Counted from the first letter of the stretch, positions 21,501-31,424 are shown. The stretch is 64,000 nt of DNA from a virus (IMGVR_UViG_3300009031_000221:64001-128000), one strand, 5' to 3'. Notes: a model not told the origin generated them from the letters alone. Made by a program: numbers and translations.

Positions 21501-23594
21501 GTTGGCTGCCAATGAGCTACCTTTGCACGTGATATAAGTTGCCTGAGGCTCCTTGTCCTCAAAGTTGAAACTGATAATGTCAATTTCCTCGAGGCGATAG
21601 ACCCGGGAGCTAGACGTATCCAGATTGTACATGGGGGGTTTGAATACGAAGTCCCCATCCACGTCTTGATAGAATTCAAACCCTGTTACTTGGCATACCT
21701 TTACCGCCACGTCATGCTTGGATTCATAGGTGGATTCGAATAACTGAACGCCCCCCCATTGCCCGATGTCCGATACGAATGCGATCATTTCAGGCATTGA
21801 AAGGTCAAATTGCGGGGTATTGGAATTCTTATTGATCTTCCCTGCGACATTCTGTGTCCAAAGCAATGCCTCTAACTTCCGTTTATTCCACAGGCCAACT
21901 GCCATTGCCTGACTAAGGATGCTTTTCCCCTTCGCCACAGAACCATTGAACCGACCACTAAGCAAAGCTAGGAGGCTGTCACTGGATTGCTTAGCCAGGA
22001 ATGTTGCCTGGGCGGTATTGAACAATTCCCCTGTCGCCCCGTGCATCCGCAACTTGATGTCCCGAGTATTGAAACGCTTCTGCCAATACTTGATGTTCAG
22101 GGAGTAAAGGGTTTCACCTGTGAGGCTGCTCCGTGCATCCTGATTGGTCTTCTGACTGATTGCCCATGCCACACCGCCGGCGGCGCCCGCCGTATCGTTG
22201 TGCAGGTTGTAGATGATTTCGTATGGATGCTTCCCGGTGAAGTTGTTGCCTACAAGCGAAGGCTTGTTGCCCGTATTCTTGACTGTGCCGAAGATTGCAG
22301 CATTCGTGCTCATCCGGTGGTATTCCCAGAAGTGCAACATCGACATGCACTGTACGGATGCAGTCTGGACACCGCCTGAATAGGAATGCGTAACCTGAGT
22401 CACAACCCCGTGGAACACATGATAGTATGGGTAGGCAAGGATGTTATCAATGTCATACCCGTCCAAACCCATATCCTGAAGTGCCGATGTCCCTTGTGAA
22501 TTTGTTGAAGCAGCATAGGCAGGATCAGTTGTTCCTGGATCCTTTGTGTTCAGGGTCGAAGGTGTAGCCACCGGAGGCATGTTCTTTTCCTCTGCCAACA
22601 CCTTATGATTCAACTTTGAATCACTCCAAGCACTTCCAAATAACTCCGTGCCGTGCTTAGCCCGCCCCTCCACATTCTTGCCGTTACCTCCAGCACCCGC
22701 ACCCGAGAAGTACATTGCCCGAAAACAATCATCAGCGGTGGCATTTTGGGAGACCCCTCGATTATGAACCGTGCCCTTCTTCATCGCCAACAACACCCTT
22801 GCAATATTGGTTTCCGGGTCTTGGGCGTTGTAATAAGTATCCGGGTTGTCCTTCGCCATTTTGGCACTGCCCGCCGTCTTATTATCCATGAAGTTCGGAG
22901 TTGGAGTTCCAATAGCATCCGCAAATCGATTCAATTGGAACAACCCGTAAGCAACCCCATTTGGCGTTTTCTTTGGATCCGTCCCTGGATTAATGGCATT
23001 CGGATTCAGGTTGCTTTCAAAAGATGCCTGATCCATAGCGGCTAATGCCATAGCAGGAGTCATCCCGCCTTCACGAAACCGAGCATAGATCAACTCCGCG
23101 CTCTGCCTACGCCCATCCTTGAAATGAGCCCGGTCCATCAATTTACTAATTGTCGGAGGAATCTTTCCGGTTACAGATCCAATATTGGTTGTTTCAGATC
23201 CTGACTTGACAGATCCCCCAAACTGGACATTCTCTTGCTGCGTTGTGGGCTTGCCCAGATTCGAGTACATCCCCTTCACCGGGAAATACCCTCGCATGTA
23301 AATGTGTACCTCAAGCCCCGACCGGAGAATGAACTGTGCATCCCGCACAAACGATTGCTGATGATGCGATGGGAGGGACAAGGAGAAACTTGCGGAGGCG
23401 CTTCCAGGTTCTACCCCCGCATCTACGGACACCTCCGTGATGAATCGTTGGATGTCAATACGGCTATTGCACTTCTGACATCCAGGAAGAGACAAGTCCC
23501 CATTAATATACACGAGTGCATCTGGAGTATGTTGCACAAGCTTCTGTGCATTCATCTTCCATGTGCCAGCAAATGGGCGATTCTCAATACTCAT
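18555..23594 (-). CDS. Baseplate hub protein with inserted tail-lysozyme/SLT-like domain
   Basis: Start re-called at MSIENRP (GAGGGG SD). Hub-like motifs FEFYQDVDGDFVFKPP and LRPELRPGYPVYI; lysozyme-like segment AELIYARFREGG...ASFESNLNPNA...AYGLFQ. Confidence 0.75.
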   Translation of the reverse strand: MSIENRPFAGTWKMNAQKLVQHTPDALVYINGDLSLPGCQKCNSRIDIQRFITEVSVDAGVEPGSASASFSLSLPSHHQQSFVRDAQFILRSGLEVHIYMRGYFPVKGMYSNLGKPTTQQENVQFGGSVKSGSETTNIGSVTGKIPPTISKLMDRAHFKDGRRQSAELIYARFREGGMTPAMALAAMDQASFESNLNPNAINPGTDPKKTPNGVAYGLFQLNRFADAIGTPTPNFMDNKTAGSAKMAKDNPDTYYNAQDPETNIARVLLAMKKGTVHNRGVSQNATADDCFRAMYFSGAGAGGNGKNVEGRAKHGTELFGSAWSDSKLNHKVLAEEKNMPPVATPSTLNTKDPGTTDPAYAASTNSQGTSALQDMGLDGYDIDNILAYPYYHVFHGVVTQVTHSYSGGVQTASVQCMSMLHFWEYHRMSTNAAIFGTVKNTGNKPSLVGNNFTGKHPYEIIYNLHNDTAGAAGGVAWAISQKTNQDARSSLTGETLYSLNIKYWQKRFNTRDIKLRMHGATGELFNTAQATFLAKQSSDSLLALLSGRFNGSVAKGKSILSQAMAVGLWNKRKLEALLWTQNVAGKINKNSNTPQFDLSMPEMIAFVSDIGQWGGVQLFESTYESKHDVAVKVCQVTGFEFYQDVDGDFVFKPPMYNLDTSSSRVYRLEEIDIISFNFEDKEPQATYITCKGSSLAANLKGTGTDNEMGSMGQYIDFRLVAQYGWRPADLETSYFTDPKSMFLAGVNRLDILNAPTKSASATIPLRPELRPGYPVYIPYIDAYYYCNSFAHSFSVGGSCTTSLQLIAKRSKFFAPGQPKTKGISGIQLGEPGLPEKPLQVLDNAGNPRLSGFPNVVMALDPTKLDPMFFIVGVDVAHIDDDDVQEGIMEQAMQLGIVKPVLAPDQDPEKPGPYYRMVTGDHAETMFYLKTSNSPPIVGSPAKVSKSGNTIVDFKEAANAFVKLQKKALTAEAKVGKAGLKAQQAAAAAQKAANAKKNGATDAKAVKLNDKAKELAAQLKATQEADTASLMGKGKGQSPHEANLIASLQALLGEIRKQFLKPEHFQSRYSGDPNSAITVLDMLSDKKAIFSNGSLPGAYRYYSSAHPDPDQQGQRLLTINTRKDKADTNGKRQVTTTSFLEPLWSRKDVPQYTLDQFIKAPPGAPKPEAQLVSKKPKLGIKVLTSNPNFREGEILPTSEIREMMFATHLVLGEKQSSVNKRVVRYNMNGSVRNAFELAAQNDDGVGTPSPASSIQDALAGWNDSIDVFIQSAVQVARRAVPNWKTEIPNFPAANPPVMVTIKGSQILTSVPMNSFQFSDTAEAYPKPLAFPESDIIKLTSMWKELAGQYGSGKFDSIRAAEITWRSSLKANDIPDADANAIDSAFVAALMGTMGIDTTPSETETSATIGKAQHPIVSPVFPVSDSRGYQVVGSYRYGRDVDIDPDGVFDVLHSQDVLSMLDKDLVEQFLLEKLGNGLTAETEKKLFAAIRKNWSNQDMIDHGVAKMNGNLLESNLNNWMADKGKDGIQKLPINNAAFSLADLAPHTSRDFCSCKAAEADVLLDIAGEQNFVQFTQAGIPAVKGSAESGQDKTIQWIKDVTARVAIPWTQSQAALRGSVPEPPTSFISSVNSAVGSLMDHDRGTDQATKDKQAAFDAATKQTAALKFQLLNPGKPLPKELL

Positions 23595-23595
23595 A

Positions 23596-25113
23596 TCACG
23601 CCCCTCTGAATGGTTCAACTAGATTAGGAGTCTGGATGTTAACCGCCCTTTGACCCGGCAGGACTGCCTCTACAGCCTGAGGCTGGAAGCCGCCGGTACT
23701 GCCACCTGGAGGGGCATTAGGCAATCCGTTCGTTGTACCCAATGATGTAGTCTGAGGCGTATGAAAGCCCGGCACAAACACTTGGACGGCGTTCTGGGGC
23801 ACTAGCGTTCCAAATGCATCCCCTACACCCACAGCCCGCCCTTGCGTCGATAGACCCTTCGCACCCAAGGCAAACTCCCCCGTAGGATTCCTAGCCCGAT
23901 TGATCATTCCCTGATACCGTGGGTCACTCAAACTTGGGATCGGAGACTTCATCGGAGTCACAGCCATGACCTGTTGCGAGGTATCCACAATCGAGGATGC
24001 CGTGAACTCGATAGAGAACTCGATTCCACCGTGCATGTGTTCCTCATCAAATGTCCAAGTGAATGATTCCATGTGCCCAAAGTAAATCCACCCATCATAG
24101 TGAATAGACAACGCCCCTACTAGATGATGAGCGTTGGATTTCCCTACCGTGTCATAGATATACCCATTGTTCCGGTAGAACTGGAAAGCGTTCATCAGAT
24201 TCTGCCATGCCAGAGAATCCCGTTTGCTCCCGGCATGCACACCACGACCGCCTGATACGAAAGCACCGCAACGAGCCGTAATAGACAACTTGGGTTGATC
24301 ATTGCCCCATGCATGGTAGATGAATCCGTGGCGTGAACGATCCGAGTATTGAGCCACCTTGCTACGATTGATGGACATAGTTGTCGGGTTGATAAGCAAT
24401 ACCAAAGGAGGGACTTTTGCAATCGCAGCCAACTGCATGGCAATGTCTACCGCGGTGTAAACATCTGCGATGGCTGGTTGTCCTATGTTACCCTGACTGT
24501 CAGATTTATCCCCGGTCGGCAAGGTATTCTTCTGAGCCCCTTTGCTATTCCGGGTAATCGTTTCTTCTACCGAAGCATTGTTTCCGCTCAATCCCGACAA
24601 TTTCGACTGCTGCAACGCTCGCCTTGCCATATCATAATTGGTAAGGCTTGTCCCGGCGCTTGCGGAGAAGTCCGTTGCGGTCGAATTGGTTTGCTTGTTC
24701 TGGAACCCGCCATTTTCCCCATAGACCAACGGGGGTTCTACCCGAATCATGAATGGGGACAGATTTCGCAGCAATGAATTGGACAGTTCAACTTGAGGTA
24801 CCGGAGATGCCTCAAGTTCGATAGACATCCCCACGCCTACCTGCAGTCCGATGTATTCCTTTGGAGATGGGGGGCTCGATACAGATTGTGCCATCACCTG
24901 GGAGTCATCGAATTCCGGGGCAGGACGGGCAACGGGTTTATCCATCTTGGGAGGATCTGGCGTCGAAACAGGTACCACAGCCTGAACTTCCTCAGCCTTA
25001 CCCTTGGAAGGGGTTTTAGGCCCCGCCCTCTGGGGGATAGGAGGGCCTTGGAACTGTGTTGTCTGCAGCATTTGCAGCGCCAAAGCCGTATAAGGGACAA
25101 ATCCATCAGCCAT
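23596..25113 (-). CDS. Tail tube initiator/baseplate protein, paralog 1
   Basis: LLINPTTMSINRSK...IYHAWGNDQPKLSI motif shared with the adjacent gene; lies between tape measure and hub. Confidence 0.65.
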   Translation of the reverse strand: MADGFVPYTALALQMLQTTQFQGPPIPQRAGPKTPSKGKAEEVQAVVPVSTPDPPKMDKPVARPAPEFDDSQVMAQSVSSPPSPKEYIGLQVGVGMSIELEASPVPQVELSNSLLRNLSPFMIRVEPPLVYGENGGFQNKQTNSTATDFSASAGTSLTNYDMARRALQQSKLSGLSGNNASVEETITRNSKGAQKNTLPTGDKSDSQGNIGQPAIADVYTAVDIAMQLAAIAKVPPLVLLINPTTMSINRSKVAQYSDRSRHGFIYHAWGNDQPKLSITARCGAFVSGGRGVHAGSKRDSLAWQNLMNAFQFYRNNGYIYDTVGKSNAHHLVGALSIHYDGWIYFGHMESFTWTFDEEHMHGGIEFSIEFTASSIVDTSQQVMAVTPMKSPIPSLSDPRYQGMINRARNPTGEFALGAKGLSTQGRAVGVGDAFGTLVPQNAVQVFVPGFHTPQTTSLGTTNGLPNAPPGGSTGGFQPQAVEAVLPGQRAVNIQTPNLVEPFRGA

Positions 25114-25808
25114 TAGCGACCTCCCCCGCCCGCAGAGGCTAACGATGAAATCCTATCCCACGATGCTGTCATTCCTTGAGCGCCACGTCCCGATGTCTCC
25201 AGGCTGAACCCCGTACGAAATCTCTGAACTTCCTCAGCAATAAGGAAGTTCGCCGTCACTGAAAACTGGTAGGGCTTGGATGAATCCTCTGTCACGTTGA
25301 AATTGGAAAACCACCCCAAGTAAATCCCACCATCGAACGTAATCTTGATGATCCCCTGGAATACAGTCTTGCCCGTTGTATCCGTAATGCTTGCACCATT
25401 CAGATATAGCGCAAGCATGTCTAGATACTTATCGTGCGATATGGTTTCCCGACGATTGCCTTTCGTATCAATCGCACCGGGGCCTCCTGTGACATTGGAC
25501 AATCCAGAGTAGAGGCGCATGAAGCCTCCCGTCGCAATATTGAAGTCGATAGTCTTTGCGGCGTCCCCCCAATGTTGTTCAACGTACCCCCCTCGAGTCT
25601 GTGTCCGTTCGATAGTCTTGGCATAGTTCATTGCCATCGATTGAGGGTTGACGTGAAGTACCATCTTCATTCCATCGGGAAGGATGCTAGTCTCCCAGTC
25701 CGGCGCCAGGATATCGAACACCACAGGCTTCTTGCCTGTCCCGTTGAACTCGTCATCCGCCGAGTTGAACGCTGATCGAAACAATGGAATTGCACCACTA
25801 CGAGCCAT
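25113..25808 (-). CDS. Tail tube initiator/baseplate protein, paralog 2
   Basis: LHVNPQSMAMNYAK...TRGGYVEQHWGD motif; directly downstream of the tape measure gene. Confidence 0.65.
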   Translation of the reverse strand: MARSGAIPLFRSAFNSADDEFNGTGKKPVVFDILAPDWETSILPDGMKMVLHVNPQSMAMNYAKTIERTQTRGGYVEQHWGDAAKTIDFNIATGGFMRLYSGLSNVTGGPGAIDTKGNRRETISHDKYLDMLALYLNGASITDTTGKTVFQGIIKITFDGGIYLGWFSNFNVTEDSSKPYQFSVTANFLIAEEVQRFRTGFSLETSGRGAQGMTASWDRISSLASAGGGGR

Positions 25809-25813
25809 CTAAA

Positions 25814-28800
25814 TTACCTCCCCACCATTTCCATTGCATCCTTGATCATCTTCGGCACACTCACATCATGATAAACGTGAATGTTGATGATGCTTCCTCC
25901 ACCGCCTCCCTTGGACAGAGGTCCTCCAGGCTTGCCAAATGCCACCGTATCCCCCGCATCAGGAATGATGACCCGACCGCTGGGAGTCATGACGGCATCG
26001 TGAACCGGAACTTTATTCCCCATTGCGCCTTGAATTTGGGCTTGATACTTCATAGCAGTATCCAGAGCATCTCCGCTTACCGCCTTGTTCGTCGCTAGAG
26101 CCAATGCATCATCCGGGGATATTGTGCCTCCCGCACCAGATACCGCGGATACGATAGCCGCCGCCCGGGCTGAATCCGCCAAGGATTTATCAAATGCCTC
26201 TTTGAAACTGTCCGTAATCTTAGGGATCCGGTTGTCATCGATCTTCTTTGTACGTCCTTCGGATGCCTTTAGTGCGGCGTCTTCTAATTTCTTTTGCTCT
26301 TCAGGGGTTAGGATAGCGGATAGTTTTTCTTCCGCGCCTTCACCCTGAAGTCCAAATCTACTGGCCCCCCTACTCACCGCTAGATCTTCTTTCGCCTGCC
26401 TTAGATTAGCAGTTTCAATCCAGTCGAGTTTCTTCAATTTCGATTTGCGGTCGAATTCCCCAGGGCCTCCTGTTGTTGTTGTGTCCGCCGCAATAACCCT
26501 CTTCTGTTCCCGAAGCTCTGCAATCTTCGCCTTCATACCTAACTTGACCGATTGTATTTGCGGACCTTCCCCCATCTTCTTAGTCAAAGCTTCGATTTGT
26601 TTATCCAGAGAAGACATAGCATCAGCCTTCGCCTTCTTGTCCCCCTTATCCTGTCCACCCATGAACCAGTTGACAAAGCTACTAAGGGTTTCATTGATGC
26701 TCATCAACAAGGACTCAATGACTGTATCCATCTTGTCCGAAATGCTCTGCGTATTATCCACGACCTGTTTTGCCCGTTGCTGGTCATCGGTCAACTGAGC
26801 CTTCATTTCGTCTGCCGTTTTCTTCTGTTCCTCCATAGCATTGAGATACAGCTTGTTGAAAGTGGCCTCATCCTTGCCCGACAAATCCTGCCCTTGCATA
26901 TCAACCAGCTTTCCGGTTTCATCGATCATTACCCTGAACAGTTTGCCTTGAGTTTCATTGAAATTCTTGATGTCCGCAGCACTTCCTTTGCCCCCACTCA
27001 ATGCGGCAGCGTTGGTCTGCATACCGGTCACATTACGTGCAACCCCAACAGCGTTAGCTCTTGCTTCTGGAGACATACCGCTAAGCTTGTCCGCTGCAAT
27101 ATTGCTCGTCAAATCTTTCTGACTTATCTGGTCTAACCTCTTGCCCAATACTCCTGCAAGGCTATACAACTTCGCCAATCCTGTTTCAGCAGGCCCAAAT
27201 TCCGACATAGCAGCAACTGTCCCCCCCTTCGTCAGCGCCAGAGAAGACTGCTGCTGTGCCGCGAACTGCGTACCTAACGTACTCTTAATACCGTTCAATG
27301 CTGCGGTTAACGCATCCGTTTGATCCTGTGTTAGTTTGCTGCTTCTCTTAGCGAATTCATCCGCCGATAGTGCCTCCCCCTGTGCCCCTGTCAACCCCGC
27401 TTTCTGCAAAACAGCCCTCACCATATCCGCTTGTGCCCCGCCAACACCACCCGCAGTTTCCTGAAATGCACCGGCAGCCCTTGTTGCCCGTAATGCCCCA
27501 ATAGCTTGTGCCCTGCCTCCCCCCATCTTCATTTTCATCAGTAACCGATCTTCGGTACTTGTATCCTTAAACCCCTTAGCCATATCAGCCGCCATTTCAG
27601 CGCCCTTCTTTGGCCCCATTATTTTGCCCAAAGTCGTTAACATGCCCAATGTTTCAGACAGTCTAACGTTGTACATGGCCATACCAGATGTTAGCTGCAA
27701 CACCATCCCAAAGAATCGTTTGGTACCAAATGCGGATTCCTTTGCAGCAGCCGCAATCTCCGAATACTTCTCCCTCACACTCTCCAAGCTCCTGCCCGTC
27801 TCTTCCGCCATGGATGCCATATCACCCGCTATCTTTCCGGCGCTCTCCCCAAACAGTTTCGAATAAATCAACGCCTGCTTATTGGCATCCTGCAATCTCT
27901 GTGTTGCAAGAGTTTGATCATCAATATCCCCCGTAAGCTCTCGTATCGTCATACCTGCATCGCCCCAAGCGTTCAGGATTTCCACGTTCTCCTTAGCAGA
28001 TGTCCCCCACTCCAAATTGAATTTCAGAGCCTCCCCTAATCCCGAAAATGCCCCTCGAAGTATCCCTAGATTTGTATCCATGTCCCCAACAATATCATTG
28101 GCGGACACCCCTCCGGCTAGAATCTCTTTGTTCAATTCCTTGATCTTCGCATCCGCATCCAATACAACCTTCACAATAGCGGCGAATCCAAGGGCTATGC
28201 CCCCAATAGCTATCAGGGCGGGCCCAAGGCCGGATAGCACCTTGCCAAGGCTTGCCATCGCCGCACCTCCAGCACCCCCAGCCGTATTGGTTTCCATAGC
28301 TGTAGTGCCCTTAGTGGCCAACGCCCCCGCCTTCTTGAACATATTGCCAAACATTCCGATATCTTTACCCGCAACATCCTTGAAAGCCCCGTGAATTCCA
28401 TCCCCGAAACTCTGGGCCATATCTCCGGCGCCCTTCAATGATTCCTGCCACATCTTCCGATCAGCAATAGTTCTACGAGCCGCAATAAGACGTTTTCCAA
28501 TTTTTTCGACGTGTTCCTCCTCTATGGAAAATGACTTATCCAATGCGGCTAGATGAGATTCCGCTATCTTCTTTTCCTGTTCCAACCTACTGCGGAGCCT
28601 GTCATCGTCATGCGCCATCTCGATACGATGGTTTATACCTTCAGCCCGTGCCTGAGCCTCCTTCATCTTGTCAACAGTATTCTTGAGTCCCTTGCCCATC
28701 CGGGCTAGAGCCTTTGCGTCAAAGAATGATTCCGCGGCCTTTCCTAGAATACGGGAAGCATCAGCAGCAGCTTTCTCCGCCACTTTCTGCATCTGCTTGG

Positions 28801-28843
28801 ACATGCCAGCAGTGAACATATGGCCTTCATCTAAACCCGCCAT
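25814..28843 (-). CDS. Tape measure protein
   Basis: 1,009 aa, A/G/K/M-rich helical composition, hydrophobic segment LGPALIAIGGIALGFAAIVKVV, canonical position after the chaperones. Confidence 0.85.
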   Translation of the reverse strand: MAGLDEGHMFTAGMSKQMQKVAEKAAADASRILGKAAESFFDAKALARMGKGLKNTVDKMKEAQARAEGINHRIEMAHDDDRLRSRLEQEKKIAESHLAALDKSFSIEEEHVEKIGKRLIAARRTIADRKMWQESLKGAGDMAQSFGDGIHGAFKDVAGKDIGMFGNMFKKAGALATKGTTAMETNTAGGAGGAAMASLGKVLSGLGPALIAIGGIALGFAAIVKVVLDADAKIKELNKEILAGGVSANDIVGDMDTNLGILRGAFSGLGEALKFNLEWGTSAKENVEILNAWGDAGMTIRELTGDIDDQTLATQRLQDANKQALIYSKLFGESAGKIAGDMASMAEETGRSLESVREKYSEIAAAAKESAFGTKRFFGMVLQLTSGMAMYNVRLSETLGMLTTLGKIMGPKKGAEMAADMAKGFKDTSTEDRLLMKMKMGGGRAQAIGALRATRAAGAFQETAGGVGGAQADMVRAVLQKAGLTGAQGEALSADEFAKRSSKLTQDQTDALTAALNGIKSTLGTQFAAQQQSSLALTKGGTVAAMSEFGPAETGLAKLYSLAGVLGKRLDQISQKDLTSNIAADKLSGMSPEARANAVGVARNVTGMQTNAAALSGGKGSAADIKNFNETQGKLFRVMIDETGKLVDMQGQDLSGKDEATFNKLYLNAMEEQKKTADEMKAQLTDDQQRAKQVVDNTQSISDKMDTVIESLLMSINETLSSFVNWFMGGQDKGDKKAKADAMSSLDKQIEALTKKMGEGPQIQSVKLGMKAKIAELREQKRVIAADTTTTGGPGEFDRKSKLKKLDWIETANLRQAKEDLAVSRGASRFGLQGEGAEEKLSAILTPEEQKKLEDAALKASEGRTKKIDDNRIPKITDSFKEAFDKSLADSARAAAIVSAVSGAGGTISPDDALALATNKAVSGDALDTAMKYQAQIQGAMGNKVPVHDAVMTPSGRVIIPDAGDTVAFGKPGGPLSKGGGGGSIINIHVYHDVSVPKMIKDAMEMVGR

Positions 28844-28845
28844 AG

Positions 28846-30039
28846 CTAATCCTCCCCTACACTGAATGTCACCTGACGGTTCGCAATTTGCTCATCCAAG
28901 GACATACGTTCTTCCGGGTCTACAATCGCAATCCGTCCATCTTCAGTGCCCCGAAGTGCTCCAGGATCTGCACCCCGCTCTAAGTACTTCTTATAGAGGT
29001 GATCGCGAACCCCGTTCATCCCAGCGCCAACCTGACGAACTCCGGGTGACCCAGGATTCCTATCCTTCAGGATATCCGCCAACTGTTCAGGGGTGTAGCC
29101 AACCAACTGCACAGGTTCGCCCGACTCTTGTTCATGCAATTCCGCCAAAGCCGCTGCCCGTTCCGCAGCCTCAACCTTGTGTTGTTCGTAATTGTTGACG
29201 ATCCGTTGCTTGTAATTATTGACAACTTGATCGTGCCAGTCATCCGACCCGGAAACCCAGTTGTGCATTTCCTGAGCCAAATCATCGGCGGACTTGGAAC
29301 CCATGAGGTTTGGATTGACATCATTCTTGGATGAATCCTTGGTCAGGGGTTTCATCACACCCTTGCATACGTAATAGAACCTATCTAGGATCGCCTGCCT
29401 ACGATCCTTTTCTAGCTGCCGAGTTTGGCGATCCCGGTCATCAATCTTCTTGACACCCTTGGGAGCTTGTGCAGATGTGACCAGCTTGAATCCTTCCCAC
29501 ATAGATTCATCCGCTACCTTCGTATCCTCCGTGATGTTGTAGAATGTCCACAACCGTTGGACATGATTGGTTCCAAGCTGATCAAACCCTGAATGCTTCG
29601 CTGAAATATGCCCGCCATATGAACGCCACTTGTAACGGGACGTAGATTCATACGTATATGCCTCTACAGCCTCTATGGCCTTATTGACTCGACCGAACAA
29701 GCTGAGAACTACGTTGAACATGATCTGTCGGACATTCTTAGGCAATTTACGCAACAACTTGGCGATTGCTGGAGGGGCATGTACCTCCCCCAGCAAGTTG
29801 TAGCCATTGACCATCCAGGTAGCCGTTGCGATAGCCCACGTACGCCATTCATCATTCGAAGCATTGTGTATACGATGCCGAAGGATGAATTGATCCCCAG
29901 GATTTAGGGACCGCAAAGAAATCGCTATCCCCTGGATAGTGATCGATTGCGATAGAAACCCATAGTCAATAAGGGACTCAACATCATCGTAAAGAGATGC
30001 CCTTTGCTCTGGAGTCGTATTTGGCAGCATCCCTTGCAT
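28846..30039 (-). CDS. Tail assembly chaperone-like protein 2
   Basis: Between tube and tape measure; N-terminus resembles the upstream gene (GFLSQSITIQGIAISLRSLNP vs GESVFDVNGTPITLKMLLP). Confidence 0.6.
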   Translation of the reverse strand: MQGMLPNTTPEQRASLYDDVESLIDYGFLSQSITIQGIAISLRSLNPGDQFILRHRIHNASNDEWRTWAIATATWMVNGYNLLGEVHAPPAIAKLLRKLPKNVRQIMFNVVLSLFGRVNKAIEAVEAYTYESTSRYKWRSYGGHISAKHSGFDQLGTNHVQRLWTFYNITEDTKVADESMWEGFKLVTSAQAPKGVKKIDDRDRQTRQLEKDRRQAILDRFYYVCKGVMKPLTKDSSKNDVNPNLMGSKSADDLAQEMHNWVSGSDDWHDQVVNNYKQRIVNNYEQHKVEAAERAAALAELHEQESGEPVQLVGYTPEQLADILKDRNPGSPGVRQVGAGMNGVRDHLYKKYLERGADPGALRGTEDGRIAIVDPEERMSLDEQIANRQVTFSVGED

Positions 30040-30052
30040 TCATTGCCATCCG

Positions 30053-31207
30053 TTACAAAGGCTTCTTAGGAGGATTGAACCGGGGATTGACACCCTTGGG
30101 AGGAGGAGCCTTCTCCGGAGCCGGAACACGAGGCATATTAACCTCCTCGGGCGGGTTAATGCGGAATCCATCTACTCCGTCACGTTGACCCACATACTCA
30201 GGCTCCTCCAATACTCGAGCATCCATATGAGGTGCGCGACGAATTGATGTCAACAATGACGGAACTTCCTGTTGGGGTTGCCCGGAAGCAGCTTGACGCT
30301 GACGCATCAACCGGATGTTCTCGGCCTGAATCGCTTCATCCATGGAACCCGAGTCCGCAGAATCTACGAACGAGTCAGGGACATCCATTCCGGCAACGTA
30401 GTGTCCCGCATCAGGTACTGGCGGCGGGGGAGGTCGAGGAGGTTGAACCTGAGGACGTGCCTGAGGGGTTGCAACCGGAGGGATCGAGGAACGGCGTGCC
30501 TGAGGGACTTGCGGGGCTACAGGGGCAGGTTCCGGCTCAATGTGGGTTGCCTGAACGGGTTCTGCTTGTGCAGGCACCTCCTCCGTAATGAACGCTTCCT
30601 CACGGACACGTTGCTTACGGGCATCCTCATCCGCAACAGCCCGAACCATCTTGGACATGTCGTTCTCAAGACTCTTCGCATGGGCATCCCGAGTTTCCTT
30701 CAATGAAGCAACCCGGCTTTCCAACCGCTCGATCTCCTCATCAATATCCGAAGGATCGAACTTGATGGCGAGTTCCGCTTGGCGTTCTACTTGGGTAACC
30801 AGTTCCGTGTACTTACGGAACATTGCCAACCGGACAGGGTTCGACCACTTCATGATGATCTTTCGCAATGCCAGGACACGGGATACCTTGACAGCCGTAC
30901 CGTTGGGCAATTTCTCCCCGGTCTCGACGTAATCAACATCCCGCAAATCCTGGGCGCCAATTGCAATAATGCAATGCGATAGAATTCCGAGCTTGAATCG
31001 CTCCAGGTATTCCATAGCATTGCCACGTCCTTCTTCCCCTTCAGGGGACAGGACATAATTAGCGAATTTCTGAACTTCAGCTTCCTCTTCTGGGAGGAGC
31101 ATTTTCAAAGTGATAGGAGTGCCGTTCACGTCAAAGACGCTTTCACCCTTACCTACTTCTTCAATGGGAGCTAACGCTAGCTCCAGGGCTTCCAATGTAA
31201 TCTGCAT
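30053..31207 (-). CDS. Tail assembly chaperone-like protein 1
   Basis: First gene after the tube; chaperone-like N-terminal domain and Pro-rich C-terminal tail. Confidence 0.6.
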   Translation of the reverse strand: MQITLEALELALAPIEEVGKGESVFDVNGTPITLKMLLPEEEAEVQKFANYVLSPEGEEGRGNAMEYLERFKLGILSHCIIAIGAQDLRDVDYVETGEKLPNGTAVKVSRVLALRKIIMKWSNPVRLAMFRKYTELVTQVERQAELAIKFDPSDIDEEIERLESRVASLKETRDAHAKSLENDMSKMVRAVADEDARKQRVREEAFITEEVPAQAEPVQATHIEPEPAPVAPQVPQARRSSIPPVATPQARPQVQPPRPPPPPVPDAGHYVAGMDVPDSFVDSADSGSMDEAIQAENIRLMRQRQAASGQPQQEVPSLLTSIRRAPHMDARVLEEPEYVGQRDGVDGFRINPPEEVNMPRVPAPEKAPPPKGVNPRFNPPKKPL

Positions 31208-31209
31208 CT

Positions 31210-31243
31210 GTTGCTTTCCCCTTCAAATTCTGAGGGAAGCAAC
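31210..31243 (-). promoter_or_regulatory. Hairpin sequestering the ribosome-binding site of the chaperone gene
   Basis: Minus strand GTTGCTTCCC...GGGGAAAGCAAC ends 2 nt before the ATG at 31207 and buries the purine-rich SD. Confidence 0.5.
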
Positions 31244-31424
31244 CTCGGTCATTGGCCTGGACAGCGCAAAGATGCCGTAAATTCCGTTGAGTTCAAATCT
31301 ATTTAACCATCTCCGTAGAGAGGAAGTTAGCTCAAGCGGTTCATCTATCGAGTCATTGGGTCTGTCAAGCCACCGGGGCTGCTATCCATCTATATCACCA
31401 AATCAACCTACTTGGATGATTGGA

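Noticed and set aside
31285-31365. tRNA-like words (GAGTTCAAATCT...ACCA; TTAGCTCAAGCGGTT)
   Set aside because: They are in the wrong order and do not form T, anticodon or acceptor stems; no tRNA is supported anywhere in the window.
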